Positions 39,874 to 49,508 of a stretch of 64,000 nt of DNA are shown here, piece after piece. The notes beneath the pieces are model-generated. The model ran no database searches. It saw only the letters and a program-made list of their open reading frames with translations, and was not told the origin of the DNA. The DNA lies in the NCBI GenBank assembly GCA_965203325.1, contig OZ241875.1:1530212-1594211 (forward strand). Reading direction: 5' to 3'. Each line of letters opens with the position of its first letter. Position 1 is the stretch's first letter. This DNA is from a bacterium (lineage in GTDB: Bacteria; UBA8248). Made by a program: the position numbers and the translations under genes.

Positions 39874-41135
39874 GAGATGAACTCCCTCGGGTCGGCCACG
39901 CGGCCCTTGACGGCGCTCGCCGCCACCGTGGCGGCCGAGGCCAGGTATATCGACGCCTCGGCGCTTCCCATGCGTCCCTTGTAGTTGCGGTTGGCCGAGG
40001 AGATGCACACCTCCCCGTCCCCGAGTTGTCCCGGCCCCCGGCCCGCGCATACCCCGCACGTGGTGGGCAGGAGCACGCCGCCCGCGTCGATGAGCGCGCC
40101 GAGCGTTCCGTCCGCCATGGCCTTGCTCATGATGTCCTTGCTCGCGGGCGCGATGAGAAGCTGAAGCCCGTGGGCGACCCGCCTGCCCTTCAAGACGGCC
40201 GCCGCCGCCTGCAGATCGAGGAGCTTCGCGCCCGTACACGAGCCGATGTGCGCGCGATGGAGAGGCGGCGAGTCCACCTCCTCGACCGGGTAGACGTTGT
40301 CCATCCTGTGGGGACACGCCACCTGGGGCGACAGATCCGACACGTCGTAATCGTAGGAGGAAAAGTAAGTCGCATCCGCGTCTGAGCGCACGGCCTCCCA
40401 GCCGTCCTCCACACCTGCGTCTTTGAGATATTCCGCCGTCGCCTCGTCCACGTCGATGATGGCGCTTTTGGCGCTGAACTCGGCCGCCATGTTGGAGAGC
40501 GTCATGCGGTCCTCCACGGGCAGCGCCATGAGCGCCTCGCCCTCGAACTGGAGCACTTTATACTCCGCCCCGTCGACCTTGAGGTCCTTGAGCGCGAGCA
40601 GCGCCATGTCCTTCCCGTAAATCCCGGCGGGAACCCGGCCCTTGAAGTGGACCCGTATCGTCTCGGGCACGCGCAGCCAGACCTCGCCCTTGGCGAGCAC
40701 GCCGATGCTCTCCGTCGGGCCGATGGCCACACCCAGTGCCCCCAGCGCGCCGGTGTTGGTCGTATGGCTGTCCGTGCCGGTGACGAGAACGCCCGGGCGC
40801 ACGAAGCCCTTCTCCGCCATCAAGATGTGGCAGATGCCCTCCGCGTCGTAGAAATGGGAGAGTTCCTGCTCGGCCGCCCAGGCTCTGGTGACGTTCAGCA
40901 CCTTCGACTGCGAGTCGCCGGTGGGCGGGTTGTGGTGGTCGGCCGTGAGCATGAAGCGATCCTTGTTCCAGATGGGGAGGCCGAGTTCGGCGAAATCCTT
41001 CCCCATGCGGAACGGCCCCTGGTTGTCGTGCATGACGTGGGCGTCGACCTTGGCCCATACGATGTCGCCCACGTCCACGCGCTCGCGCCCGCTGGCGCGG
41101 GCCAGGATTTTCTGTGTGGCGGTATCCCCGGACAA
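39870..41135 (-). CDS. leuC: 3-isopropylmalate dehydratase large subunit family (LeuC-like)
   Basis: Aconitase family motifs (GICHQ-like GICHIL, GTDSHT, SCTNG-like). TTG start with AAGGAG RBS. Confidence 0.85.
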   Translation of the reverse strand: MSGDTATQKILARASGRERVDVGDIVWAKVDAHVMHDNQGPFRMGKDFAELGLPIWNKDRFMLTADHHNPPTGDSQSKVLNVTRAWAAEQELSHFYDAEGICHILMAEKGFVRPGVLVTGTDSHTTNTGALGALGVAIGPTESIGVLAKGEVWLRVPETIRVHFKGRVPAGIYGKDMALLALKDLKVDGAEYKVLQFEGEALMALPVEDRMTLSNMAAEFSAKSAIIDVDEATAEYLKDAGVEDGWEAVRSDADATYFSSYDYDVSDLSPQVACPHRMDNVYPVEEVDSPPLHRAHIGSCTGAKLLDLQAAAAVLKGRRVAHGLQLLIAPASKDIMSKAMADGTLGALIDAGGVLLPTTCGVCAGRGPGQLGDGEVCISSANRNYKGRMGSAEASIYLASAATVAASAVKGRVADPREFIS

Positions 41136-41240
41136 AGACGTTCTCCTTCAAATGAGGGGATGCGAAAACGCGACAGTCTTGTATACTCGCCTTGTCGCAT
41201 ACTATCGGACGCGAAGCAAGACTTGAGAGGTCTTGAGCAA

Positions 41241-41846
41241 ATGGCCGAAGACAAGCAAATCGACCGCAAGGCGTTCTTCACCGAAGGCCCCCTCTCCTTC
41301 ATGCGCGCTTTCATGCAGGGGGTGCACCAGGGGGAAACGAGAATCCAGCCCTCGAACCTCGAAGGACCTGTTCTGCGCCCGCCGGGCGCGGCGGCGGAAG
41401 CCGATTTCCTGGACCTCTGCACGGGCAGTGCGCAATGCGCGCTCGCGTGCCCGGCAGACGCCATCCTCATGCTCCCCCGCGAGGACGGCTCGGGCCTCGA
41501 GGCGCCCCGCATCATTCCCGTGGACGGGGCCTGCGTAGTCTGCGACGACCTCTCCTGCATGAAGGTCTGCCCCACGGGCGCGCTCACCCTCGTCCCCCGC
41601 GAGGAGATTCGGGTCGGTCTGGCCGAAGTGAACCTCGAGACGTGCTACGCCTGGAACGGGACGGATGAGGAATGCAACTTCTGCGCGACGCGCTGCCCCA
41701 TCGGCGAGAGCGCGATACGCATCGAGGAGCGAGAGGACGGGAAAGGCCCCGTCATCGGCGATACGTGCGTGGGCTGCGGCACCTGCGAGCAGCACTGCCC
41801 CGAATACCCGGGCGCCGTGCGCGTGTTCCCCATCGAATCTTCCTGA
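41241..41846 (+). CDS. 4Fe-4S ferredoxin-type protein (NapG/MauM-like)
   Basis: Four Cys clusters (CxxxxCxxxCP, CxxCxxLxCxxxCP, CxxCxxxCP, CxxCGTCxxxCP). Confidence 0.7.
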   Translation: MAEDKQIDRKAFFTEGPLSFMRAFMQGVHQGETRIQPSNLEGPVLRPPGAAAEADFLDLCTGSAQCALACPADAILMLPREDGSGLEAPRIIPVDGACVVCDDLSCMKVCPTGALTLVPREEIRVGLAEVNLETCYAWNGTDEECNFCATRCPIGESAIRIEEREDGKGPVIGDTCVGCGTCEQHCPEYPGAVRVFPIESS

Positions 41847-41908
41847 AACGGGGCTGCTGAAAAAGCCCCCGTCGGTCGGTTTGATTTCCCCCTCACCGGT
41901 ATGAAAAG

Positions 41909-42023
41909 CACCCCCCCCCTACCCCCCCTTGTCAGGGGGGCAAGAAAAAGCAAAACCCCCTCGGCCCGGCGGGGGCGCATCGCCTTTTTATACCCCCCTG
42001 ACAAGGGGGGTAGGGGGGGGTGG
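41909..42023. repeat. dual-arm GC-homopolymer palindromic element (inverted orientation)
   Basis: CACCCCCCCCCTACCCCCCCTTGTCAGGGGGG ... TACCCCCCTGACAAGGGGGGTAGGGGGGGG with a central CCCCC/GGGGG hairpin. Confidence 0.75.
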
Positions 42024-42139
42024 TTTCAAAGAGGGAGGTCGAGGGTTCGCGCGAAAGCGGCCTTCCCGCTAAAGGCAATGTCCCCCCGACGAGGGGTTTT
42101 TCAACAACCCCGATTGCGCCGCAGGTGTGCGGCTTATGA

Positions 42140-42640
42140 TCAGGAAAATTCCTCTTTCAGGATTTCGTGGATGAACCGCTGGACGGCGAGGGGGTAGAAC
42201 CGGATGTCCGGCGTTCGGACGACGGCGGTGTCCGTGGTCTCCAGGCGCGCGAGTTCGTTCAGCACCTTTTCCACCAGAACCTCCGGGCTCCACTCGTGGT
42301 GGGTGATCTTCAGGTGCTCGTTCTCGATGTTGAAGTTGCCCGCCGCAACGGCGGGGAACGCGAACACGCGGCCGATGAGGTCGGAATCCATCATCTCGGA
42401 ATCCTCGAAAATCTCGCCGAACGTCTTCTGCGCCTCGGCGGGCGTCCACACCAGCTTGGGAGACACCAGCAGCTTGCCGGATATCTGGACCGAACCCGCC
42501 TGCTCTTCCACCTCCGGCCCCAGCACCCGGTAGCCGAGTTCGTGATAGCCCGAGACGATGCCCACGTAAGGCCGCTGGAGGATGCGTATCTCCTCGCTCA
42601 CCTGCCTGTGGAAATCGCGCTGCATGTCGTCGTCGAACAT
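42140..42640 (-). CDS. hypothetical protein
   Basis: ORF with RBS GGAGA. No family recognised by eye. Confidence 0.45.
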   Translation of the reverse strand: MFDDDMQRDFHRQVSEEIRILQRPYVGIVSGYHELGYRVLGPEVEEQAGSVQISGKLLVSPKLVWTPAEAQKTFGEIFEDSEMMDSDLIGRVFAFPAVAAGNFNIENEHLKITHHEWSPEVLVEKVLNELARLETTDTAVVRTPDIRFYPLAVQRFIHEILKEEFS

Positions 42641-42765
42641 CGAAACGTCTCCGTCAGGACCGAAAACCAAAAAAACGCAAGCAGGTGTTGATACCAAATG
42701 CCGCCGCGCCGGGTCAAACAAAACGAGACCACGGACGCGCCCCGTCTCTATTCTCTTCTTTTTCC

Positions 42766-44201
42766 TCAGGAATTGATAGCCCGCAAATCGCCTAAAATCT
42801 TCTCCGCCGCATCACCCGCAGATTTCACGCAATCGGGAATCCCGACGCCCCGGTAGGCGTTGCCGGCGAGAGCGAGACCCGGCGTTGCGCTCAGTCCATC
42901 CTCTATTCTGCCCACTTTCTCCAGGTGGCCCACCAGATAATGCGGCAGGGATTCCTCGTAGCGATAAAAGACTTTTCCTTCGGGTTCTCCCGAAATCCCC
43001 AGAATCGGGCGAAGCTCCTCGATCAGCTTGCGAGTCAACTCCTCATCCGTGAGCCCGGCCCGGGAGGCGGCCTCGCCTCCGGCGAAGGCGCGGATGAGCA
43101 CCTTGCCCTCGGGCGCTCTGCCCGCGAACTTGGTGCTCGAAAACGAACACGCGAGGAGCGTCTTGTTCTCTATCGCCGGTACGACGAAACCCATGGCGTG
43201 GAGCGGATTCGCCACCTGCTCGGCCCGGTAGACGAGGTTGAGCGTCGCCAGAGAGCCGCTCGGGATGCTCATCAACTCTGCCGAAATACCGGGCGCGGCT
43301 TTCTCCAGCATCCGCGCCGCAGCACTTGGCGGCAGGGTGACGCAGACTGCATCGGCATCTATCTCCTCTCCGTCCTCAAGACGAACGCGCCAGCTTTTTC
43401 GTTTCTTTCGAGTGATTCCGCCCGGCATCCCGTCCGAACCATAGCGCCTGAAATCTTCTCCGCCAGCGCGTCCGCCAGGGCGTCCATTCCACGCTCGAAA
43501 CTCACGAACAGGCCGTACCTCGGCCCGCTCGCCGAGACGCCCTCGCCAGTTCCTCGCTTTTGCATCCGCTTCCTGAGTCCCAGGATGAGGCTCCTGTGCT
43601 CTCGCTCTATCTCGTGAAACTGCGGCATGGTGGCTTTCAGGCTCAAATGTTCGGGGTCTGCCGAATAGATGCCCGCCACCATGGGCTGCGCCATTCTTTC
43701 CAACGCCTCGCGCCCGAAGCGCCTGCGCACGAAATCGGCCAGGGATTCATCCGCATCCCCACGCCTTCCGGGCAGGAGTACGTCCATCGCCATCCGGAGC
43801 TTGCCGAGCGGGCTGAAGACGGGACTCATCAAGAACGGACCGATTTGGTATGGCGCGAGAAGGTAATATCCCTGGGGCACGGGGAGCAGTTCGTCGCCCC
43901 GCAGGACGAAGCTGCGGCGATGGCGCTCGTTCGTGCCGATGAGTTGACTTCCGAGCCCCAGTTCCTCGCAGAGTTCGACGCCTTCGGGCTTAGATGCGAG
44001 AAAGCAGTCCGGGCCTTTTTCCATCAGGACACCGTCTGAGAACTCGGTCTCGATGACGCCGCCGAGCCGGGAAGACGCCTCGATGAGATGAATATCCAGA
44101 GAGAGATTCTGCGCCTTCGAGGCCTCAAGGAGCCGGTAACAGGCCACAAGCCCCGTAACGCCTCCGCCAAGCACGACCACCCGCCGGGTTTTTGCGGTCA
44201 A
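42766..44201 (-). pseudogene. hemY: protoporphyrinogen/coproporphyrinogen oxidase (HemY/CgoX family), interrupted by a 1-nt frameshift
   Basis: N-terminal FAD half (VVVLGGGVTGL...) in ORF 43359..44201. C-terminal half in ORF 42766..43428, one frame over. The junction lies in a T5 run at 43396-43400 (plus). Adding one A on the coding strand gives ...SLERNEKSWRVRLEDGEEIDADAV.... TTG start overlaps the hemH stop. Confidence 0.7.
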
Positions 44202-45160
44202 CTTCCGCTCTCCGCCATCTTCGCGCGCACCAACTCGGAGAGCATCCCGATAAAGGCGGGGTGCGTGCCCACCGTGGGCGCACGGTAGAAGCGAAGCCCC
44301 GCCGCTTCGGCCGCTTCGCGCGCCTCGATGTCCAAGTCGAAGAGCACCTCCACGTGATCGCATATGAAACCGACCGGGACCACCAGGACGGCCTTTGCGC
44401 CACCGGCGGCGACGCTTCCGATCACCTCCGTCACGTCCGGGCCGAGCCAGGTGCCGGGAGGAACGTCCGGGCTGCTCTGAAAGCCGACCTCGTAGCTCTC
44501 AAGACCCAGTTTTTGCGCCGCGAGAGCCGCCGTTTCCCGGAATTCCTCCTCATAAGAAGAGGCCTTGGCCATGGAAACGGGTATGGAGTGGGCCGTAAAG
44601 ATGACTCTCGCCACATCCGGGCCGTCCTCTTCGGGGAGGGCCTGCCTCATCCGATCGACGACGGCGTCGATGAAGCCCGGATGCTCGTGCCAGGGTTTTT
44701 CGAGAAATTCGACTTCGGGCGCATCTTCGCCCAACTCCTCGCGCGCTGTGGCGACGGCGCCCCGATAAGCCTCCCAGCTTATTTTCGTGCGATGAGGGGC
44801 CAATATGACGCCCAGCGCGCGCCTGAGTCCGCGCCCCCCCATCTCGGCCAGCGTCTCTTCCACGTAAGGCGTCCAGAAGCGATGGCCGGTATAGACGGGA
44901 ACGCCCGCACCCGCTTGTTCGAGCGCCATCTCGAGCGCGCCCGCCTGTTTCTGGGAGAAAAACGTGAAGGGCGATACGCCGCCGAAGTATTCATAGTGCG
45001 CGGCCACCTCCCGGATGCGCTCGGGGCCGCCCGACCTCTGGCCCACGATGCCCTCCACGTAGCAATACGCCTCGCCCGGACATTCCTCGTAGCGGCGGCA
45101 GCAGCCCCGCGTGGGGCCGCCGAAGCCGATCATGATGATGGAATCGAACTTGTCCTTCAT
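44198..45160 (-). CDS. hemH: ferrochelatase
   Basis: MKDKFDSIIMIGFGGP... ferrochelatase signature. ATG overlaps the hemE stop (ATGA). RBS GGAGG. Confidence 0.9.
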   Translation of the reverse strand: MKDKFDSIIMIGFGGPTRGCCRRYEECPGEAYCYVEGIVGQRSGGPERIREVAAHYEYFGGVSPFTFFSQKQAGALEMALEQAGAGVPVYTGHRFWTPYVEETLAEMGGRGLRRALGVILAPHRTKISWEAYRGAVATAREELGEDAPEVEFLEKPWHEHPGFIDAVVDRMRQALPEEDGPDVARVIFTAHSIPVSMAKASSYEEEFRETAALAAQKLGLESYEVGFQSSPDVPPGTWLGPDVTEVIGSVAAGGAKAVLVVPVGFICDHVEVLFDLDIEAREAAEAAGLRFYRAPTVGTHPAFIGMLSELVRAKMAESGS

Positions 45161-46221
45161 TCGGCCTCCGCTTCCCATTCCTGAACGAACCCGATGAGTC
45201 TCTTGACGTTCTCGACCGGCGTGCCCGGCAATATCCCGTGTCCCAGGTTGAATATGTGGCCCGGACGCGCAGCCCCCTGCCGCAGGACATCCTCCGTTCG
45301 CTCATAGATACGCTCAGGCGCCGCGAACAGGACGCACGGGTCGAGGTTCCCTTGAACGCCCATATCGCCCAGCCGCTCCCTGGCGTCGGCCAGTTCCACG
45401 CGGAAATCCACCCCCGCCACGTCGCCGCCCGCCCCTGCGAACGCTTCCAGATAGGGCGCGGTTCCCGTGCCGAAGTGGATGACGGGCGCGCCCTTTTCGA
45501 TTCCCGCGATCAGCGCGCGGCTGTGCGGCAGGACGAACTCCCGGAAATCAGCGGGCGAGAGGCAACCCACCCAGCTGTCGAAAATCTGCACCGCCTGCGC
45601 GCCCGCGCGTATCTGTTCGTTCAGGTAGATGGTCAACCCGCGCACGAGCTTTTCCATCAGCGCGTGCCACGCGCCCGAATCGGCGTACATGAACCTCTTG
45701 GTGTTCTCGAAATTGCGCGAGCCGCCGCCTTCGATCATATAAGACGCGAGCGTGAAGGGCGCGCCGCAGAAGCCGATGAGCGGAAGGGCGGGGTTCATCT
45801 GCTCCCTGGTTTTCCGGACCGCATCGAAGACAAAGCCAAGGCTCTCGCGCGGCTCCGCCTCCCGCAGGCGCTCCACGTCCGAAGCCTCCCGGACCGGGTT
45901 GTGGAGAACGGGGCCTCCCTCCGGGTATTCCAGGTCCATGCCCATGGGTTGCAAGATGAGCAGAATGTCCGAGAACAGGATGGCTGCGTCCGCCCCGATG
46001 GCGTCGAGCGCCGTTACGGCGACCTCGGCGGCCAGATCGGGCGTGCGGCAAAGCTCGATGAAGGAGACCTTCTCGCGAACGGCGCGGTACTCGCGCATGT
46101 ACCTGCCCGCCTGACGCATGAGCCAGACGGGCGTCCTCGCGTTGGGAAGCCCCCGGCAGGCGCGCATGAAGGCGGAATCCGCATACGCGGGCGCGTTTTC
46201 CACTGCTGGATGCGCCGACAT
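45157..46221 (-). CDS. hemE: uroporphyrinogen decarboxylase
   Basis: PVWLMRQAGRYMREY signature. Start at MSAHP with RBS AAGGAGGGG. Confidence 0.9.
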   Translation of the reverse strand: MSAHPAVENAPAYADSAFMRACRGLPNARTPVWLMRQAGRYMREYRAVREKVSFIELCRTPDLAAEVAVTALDAIGADAAILFSDILLILQPMGMDLEYPEGGPVLHNPVREASDVERLREAEPRESLGFVFDAVRKTREQMNPALPLIGFCGAPFTLASYMIEGGGSRNFENTKRFMYADSGAWHALMEKLVRGLTIYLNEQIRAGAQAVQIFDSWVGCLSPADFREFVLPHSRALIAGIEKGAPVIHFGTGTAPYLEAFAGAGGDVAGVDFRVELADARERLGDMGVQGNLDPCVLFAAPERIYERTEDVLRQGAARPGHIFNLGHGILPGTPVENVKRLIGFVQEWEAEAE

Positions 46222-46416
46222 GAACCCCTCCTTCAAAACATGTGAGAACCCGTCCTTCCGGGCGGGCCGGATGAAGCCAGTCTAATCCAAAAACCGCGCC
46301 CTCGCCTATCGGGCGAGCCGAATTGACACAAGAGAATGAATGCCGCTCGCTGGACAACGCCGGTTCAGGTAGGATAATAAAGATTCTTGATTTCGGGCAT
46401 CACGCCCCGACACCCC

Positions 46417-46491
46417 GGCGCCATAGCCAAGTGGTAAGGCAGAGGACTGCAAATCCTTTATTCCCCGGTTCGAATCCGGGTGGCGCCTCCA
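46417..46491 (+). tRNA. tRNA-Cys (GCA)
   Basis: Acceptor stem GGCGCCA/TGGCGCC, anticodon loop CTGCAAA, T-arm GGTTCGAATCC, CCA encoded. Confidence 0.9.
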
Positions 46492-46516
46492 ATATCCCCC
46501 GGAGGGAGACGATTCG

Positions 46517-47149
46517 ATGGAGCAGACGACAGCGTCCAGGATAGAAACGAAAGAAGAGCTTCGCGAGTTCTACGGCCCGGCCAACGAGCGCAGCGTCAAG
46601 AAGCAGATGGCGAAGCTCGACGAGCACGCCAGGAATTTCATCGCGCTCTCTCCTTTCATGGTCATCTCCTCCGCCACGCCGGACGGCGCGGACGCATCTC
46701 CTAAAGGGGATCCGCCCGGATTCGTCAAGGTGATCGACGAGAGCACGCTGATCATCCCCGACAGGCCGGGCAACAACCGCGTCGACACCATGAGCAACAT
46801 CGTGGAGAACAACCACGTCGGCCTCCTCTTCCTCGTACCCGGCATGTGCGAGACGCTGCGCGTGAACGGGCGGGCGCGCATCACGACGGACCCCGAAGTC
46901 CTCGAACCGCACTCGGTGAAGGGCCGGCCCCCCCGGTCGGCGATGATCGTCGACGTGGACGACGTGTATCTCCACTGCGGAAAGGCGCTCATCCGCGCGG
47001 ACCTCTGGAACGCGGAAAAACACATCGAGAGAAAGTCTTTTCCCTCGATGGGCCAGATGCTCTCCGATCAGATAGCCGAAGACGGCTACGGCGACGGAGA
47101 GGAAATGGACAAGGGCATCCAGGAGAGGTACAAGACGGGCCTCTATTAG
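46517..47149 (+). CDS. pyridoxamine 5'-phosphate oxidase family FMN/F420-binding protein
   Basis: PNPOx-like split-barrel motifs. RBS GGAGGGAG. Confidence 0.7.
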   Translation: MEQTTASRIETKEELREFYGPANERSVKKQMAKLDEHARNFIALSPFMVISSATPDGADASPKGDPPGFVKVIDESTLIIPDRPGNNRVDTMSNIVENNHVGLLFLVPGMCETLRVNGRARITTDPEVLEPHSVKGRPPRSAMIVDVDDVYLHCGKALIRADLWNAEKHIERKSFPSMGQMLSDQIAEDGYGDGEEMDKGIQERYKTGLY

Positions 47150-47423
47150 CCACAAGCAGGGCGGACGCACGGATCCGCCTCTGATAAAACATTGCGTTTT
47201 CGTTTCTCCGTAGGGGCGCTTCGCGAAGCGCCCAACCCCTCCGACAAGGGGCTGTTGAAATAGTCCTCTTCAGTTGGTATTCACCACCGTCGTCATTCCG
47301 GCAATCAATGCCGACTGAGGAGGGAGGGATTGCCCGGAATCCATTTTCAAGCAGAATGACAATACGCCGGCTTTTCATCTCCCCGTCATTGGCGGGAACC
47401 AATCAGAAAATAAAATACAAAAC

Positions 47424-47538
47424 CAACCCCCCCCTACCCCCCCTTGTCAGGGGGGTATGAAAAGGCGACGGCCGCCACCGGTAGAGGGGCATTTGTTTTT
47501 TCTTGCCCCCCTGACAAGGGGGGGTAGGGGGGGTTGCC
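47424..47538. repeat. dual-arm GC-homopolymer palindromic element
   Basis: ACCCCCCCCCTACCCCCCCTTGTCAGGGGGG ... CCCCCCTGACAAGGGGGGGTAGGGGGGGTTGCC. Downstream module with TTTTTCAACAA to ~47590. Confidence 0.75.
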
Positions 47539-47591
47539 TTTATCCCCTGAGGAGGGGGACTTTTTCAACAACTCCCCTCAGTCGGGACTGA

Positions 47592-49508
47592 CTAATGCGT
47601 TTCTCTTAGATAAACGACCGCAAGCGGCGGCAGTGTGATCTCTATCGAATAGGGCTGGTCATTCAGGGGCGCCGCCGCCGCGTGGCAGCCATCCGGATTT
47701 CCCATACCGCTGCCCCCGTAGGTTTCCGCATCGCTGTTCAGCACCTCGATCCAATCGCCGTCGGCGGGAACGCCCATCCGGTAGTGCATCCGGGGCACGG
47801 GCGTCAGGTTCGCCGCCACGAGCAGCATGGGCTCATCCTCCGTGGCGATCCGCACGAACCCCAGCACACTGTCATCGGCCGCATCCGCCGCCACCCACTT
47901 GAAGCCGCTCGGGTCGTAATCCCTCCGGAACAGGGCGCGCTCCTGATGGTACAAGGCGTTCAGGTCGCGCACCCACTTCATCAGCCCCGCCCTCAGCGGC
48001 TCCTGGGTCAAATCCCAGTCGAGCGCGCCGTCGTGGTTCCATTCGCGCCACTGGCCGAATTCACCGCCCATGAAGAGGAGCTTCTTGCCGGGCTGGGCGA
48101 ACATCAGCCCGTAGAGCGCGCGAAGGTTCGCGAATTTCCGTCCGTTATCTCCCGGCATCTTCCCGAGCAGGGAACTCTTGCCGTGCACCACCTCGTCGTG
48201 GGAGAGCGGCAGCACGAAATTCTCGTTATAGGCATAGAGCATCCGGAACGTGAGCAGTTTGTGATGAAATTTCCGGTGGACGGGGTCTTTTTTCATGTAC
48301 GCGAGCGAGTCGTGCATCCAGCCCATGTCCCACTTCATGCCGAAACCCAGGCCCCCCGTATCCACGGGTCTCGATACCATCGGCCAGGCGGTCGATTCTT
48401 CCGCGATGGTCTGCACGTCGGGAAACCGGCGATAGACCTCGGTGTTCAGCCGCCTGAGGAAAGAAATGGCATCGAGATTCTCCCGGCCCCCCTCTTCGTT
48501 GGGAAGCCACTCGCCCTCTTTCCTCGAATAATCGAGATAGAGCATCGAGGCCACGCCGTCGACGCGCAGCCCGTCGGCGTGGAAAATTTCGAGCCAGTAC
48601 AGGGCGCTGTTTATCAGGAAGGCGGCGACTTCGTTACGCCCGTAATTGAAGATGTGGCTTTGCCAGTCGGGATGAAACCCCCGCCGGGGGTCGGCGTGCT
48701 CGAAGAGATGGGTCCCGTCGAAAAAGCCCAGCCCGTGCCCGTCCGTGGGAAAGTGCGAGGGCACCCAGTCGAGTATCACGCCCAGGCCGCGCTGGTGGAG
48801 ATAATCGATGAGATACATCAAGTCCTGAGGCGTCCCGAAGCGGCTCGTGGGCGAGAAGTAACCCGTGATCTGATATCCCCATGAGCCGTTGAAGGGGTGT
48901 TCCATCACCGGGAGAAACTCGACGTGGGTGAACCCCATGTGGAGCATGTGCTCGGCGAGTTGGGGGGCGAGTTCCCGGTAGGTGAGCGGGCGATCTTCTT
49001 CATGCGGCGCCCGTCTCCAGGAGCCGATATGAAGCTCATAGATGGAGATGGGGGCTTCGCGGCCGTTGCACGCTCCCCGGCACTCCATCCAGTTTCCATC
49101 CCCCCATTCGTAGTCGAGGTCCCAGACGACCGAGCCGCTCTTGGGAGGAACCTCGCTGTAGAACCCGAAAGGATCCGCCTTTTCCACGCGGTAATCGCCG
49201 AACTGCGAATGAATCCGGTATTTGTAGACCTCACCCGTCCCCACGCCCGGGATGAACCCCGCCCATATTCCCGAGCTTTCCACCGGAGCCAGCGCGTGGC
49301 TCTCCTCGTCCCAGCCGTTGAAATCCCCGATGACGCTCACCGAATCCGCATTCGGCGCCCATACGGCGAAGTGAACGCCCTCCTCCCCGTCCACCGTCAT
49401 CGGATGCGCGCCCATTTTTTCGTACAAGGTGAAGTGCGAGCCCTGGTTGAACAGGTAAATGTCGTAATCCGTGATGTAGGAAAGCGCGGGGTAGCGGACG
49501 ACGCTCAT
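47592..49508 (-). CDS. glgB: 1,4-alpha-glucan branching enzyme
   Basis: GH13_9 signatures throughout. ATG overlaps the glgX stop. Confidence 0.95.
   Translation of the reverse strand: MSVVRYPALSYITDYDIYLFNQGSHFTLYEKMGAHPMTVDGEEGVHFAVWAPNADSVSVIGDFNGWDEESHALAPVESSGIWAGFIPGVGTGEVYKYRIHSQFGDYRVEKADPFGFYSEVPPKSGSVVWDLDYEWGDGNWMECRGACNGREAPISIYELHIGSWRRAPHEEDRPLTYRELAPQLAEHMLHMGFTHVEFLPVMEHPFNGSWGYQITGYFSPTSRFGTPQDLMYLIDYLHQRGLGVILDWVPSHFPTDGHGLGFFDGTHLFEHADPRRGFHPDWQSHIFNYGRNEVAAFLINSALYWLEIFHADGLRVDGVASMLYLDYSRKEGEWLPNEEGGRENLDAISFLRRLNTEVYRRFPDVQTIAEESTAWPMVSRPVDTGGLGFGMKWDMGWMHDSLAYMKKDPVHRKFHHKLLTFRMLYAYNENFVLPLSHDEVVHGKSSLLGKMPGDNGRKFANLRALYGLMFAQPGKKLLFMGGEFGQWREWNHDGALDWDLTQEPLRAGLMKWVRDLNALYHQERALFRRDYDPSGFKWVAADAADDSVLGFVRIATEDEPMLLVAANLTPVPRMHYRMGVPADGDWIEVLNSDAETYGGSGMGNPDGCHAAAAPLNDQPYSIEITLPPLAVVYLRETH

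Noticed and set aside
39373-40317. ORF-track 314-aa product starting MSPQDGQRLPGRG...
   Set aside because: Its N-terminal 148 codons are an alternative-frame read over leuC. The real leuD-like gene begins at the internal ATG 39873, which overlaps the leuC stop.
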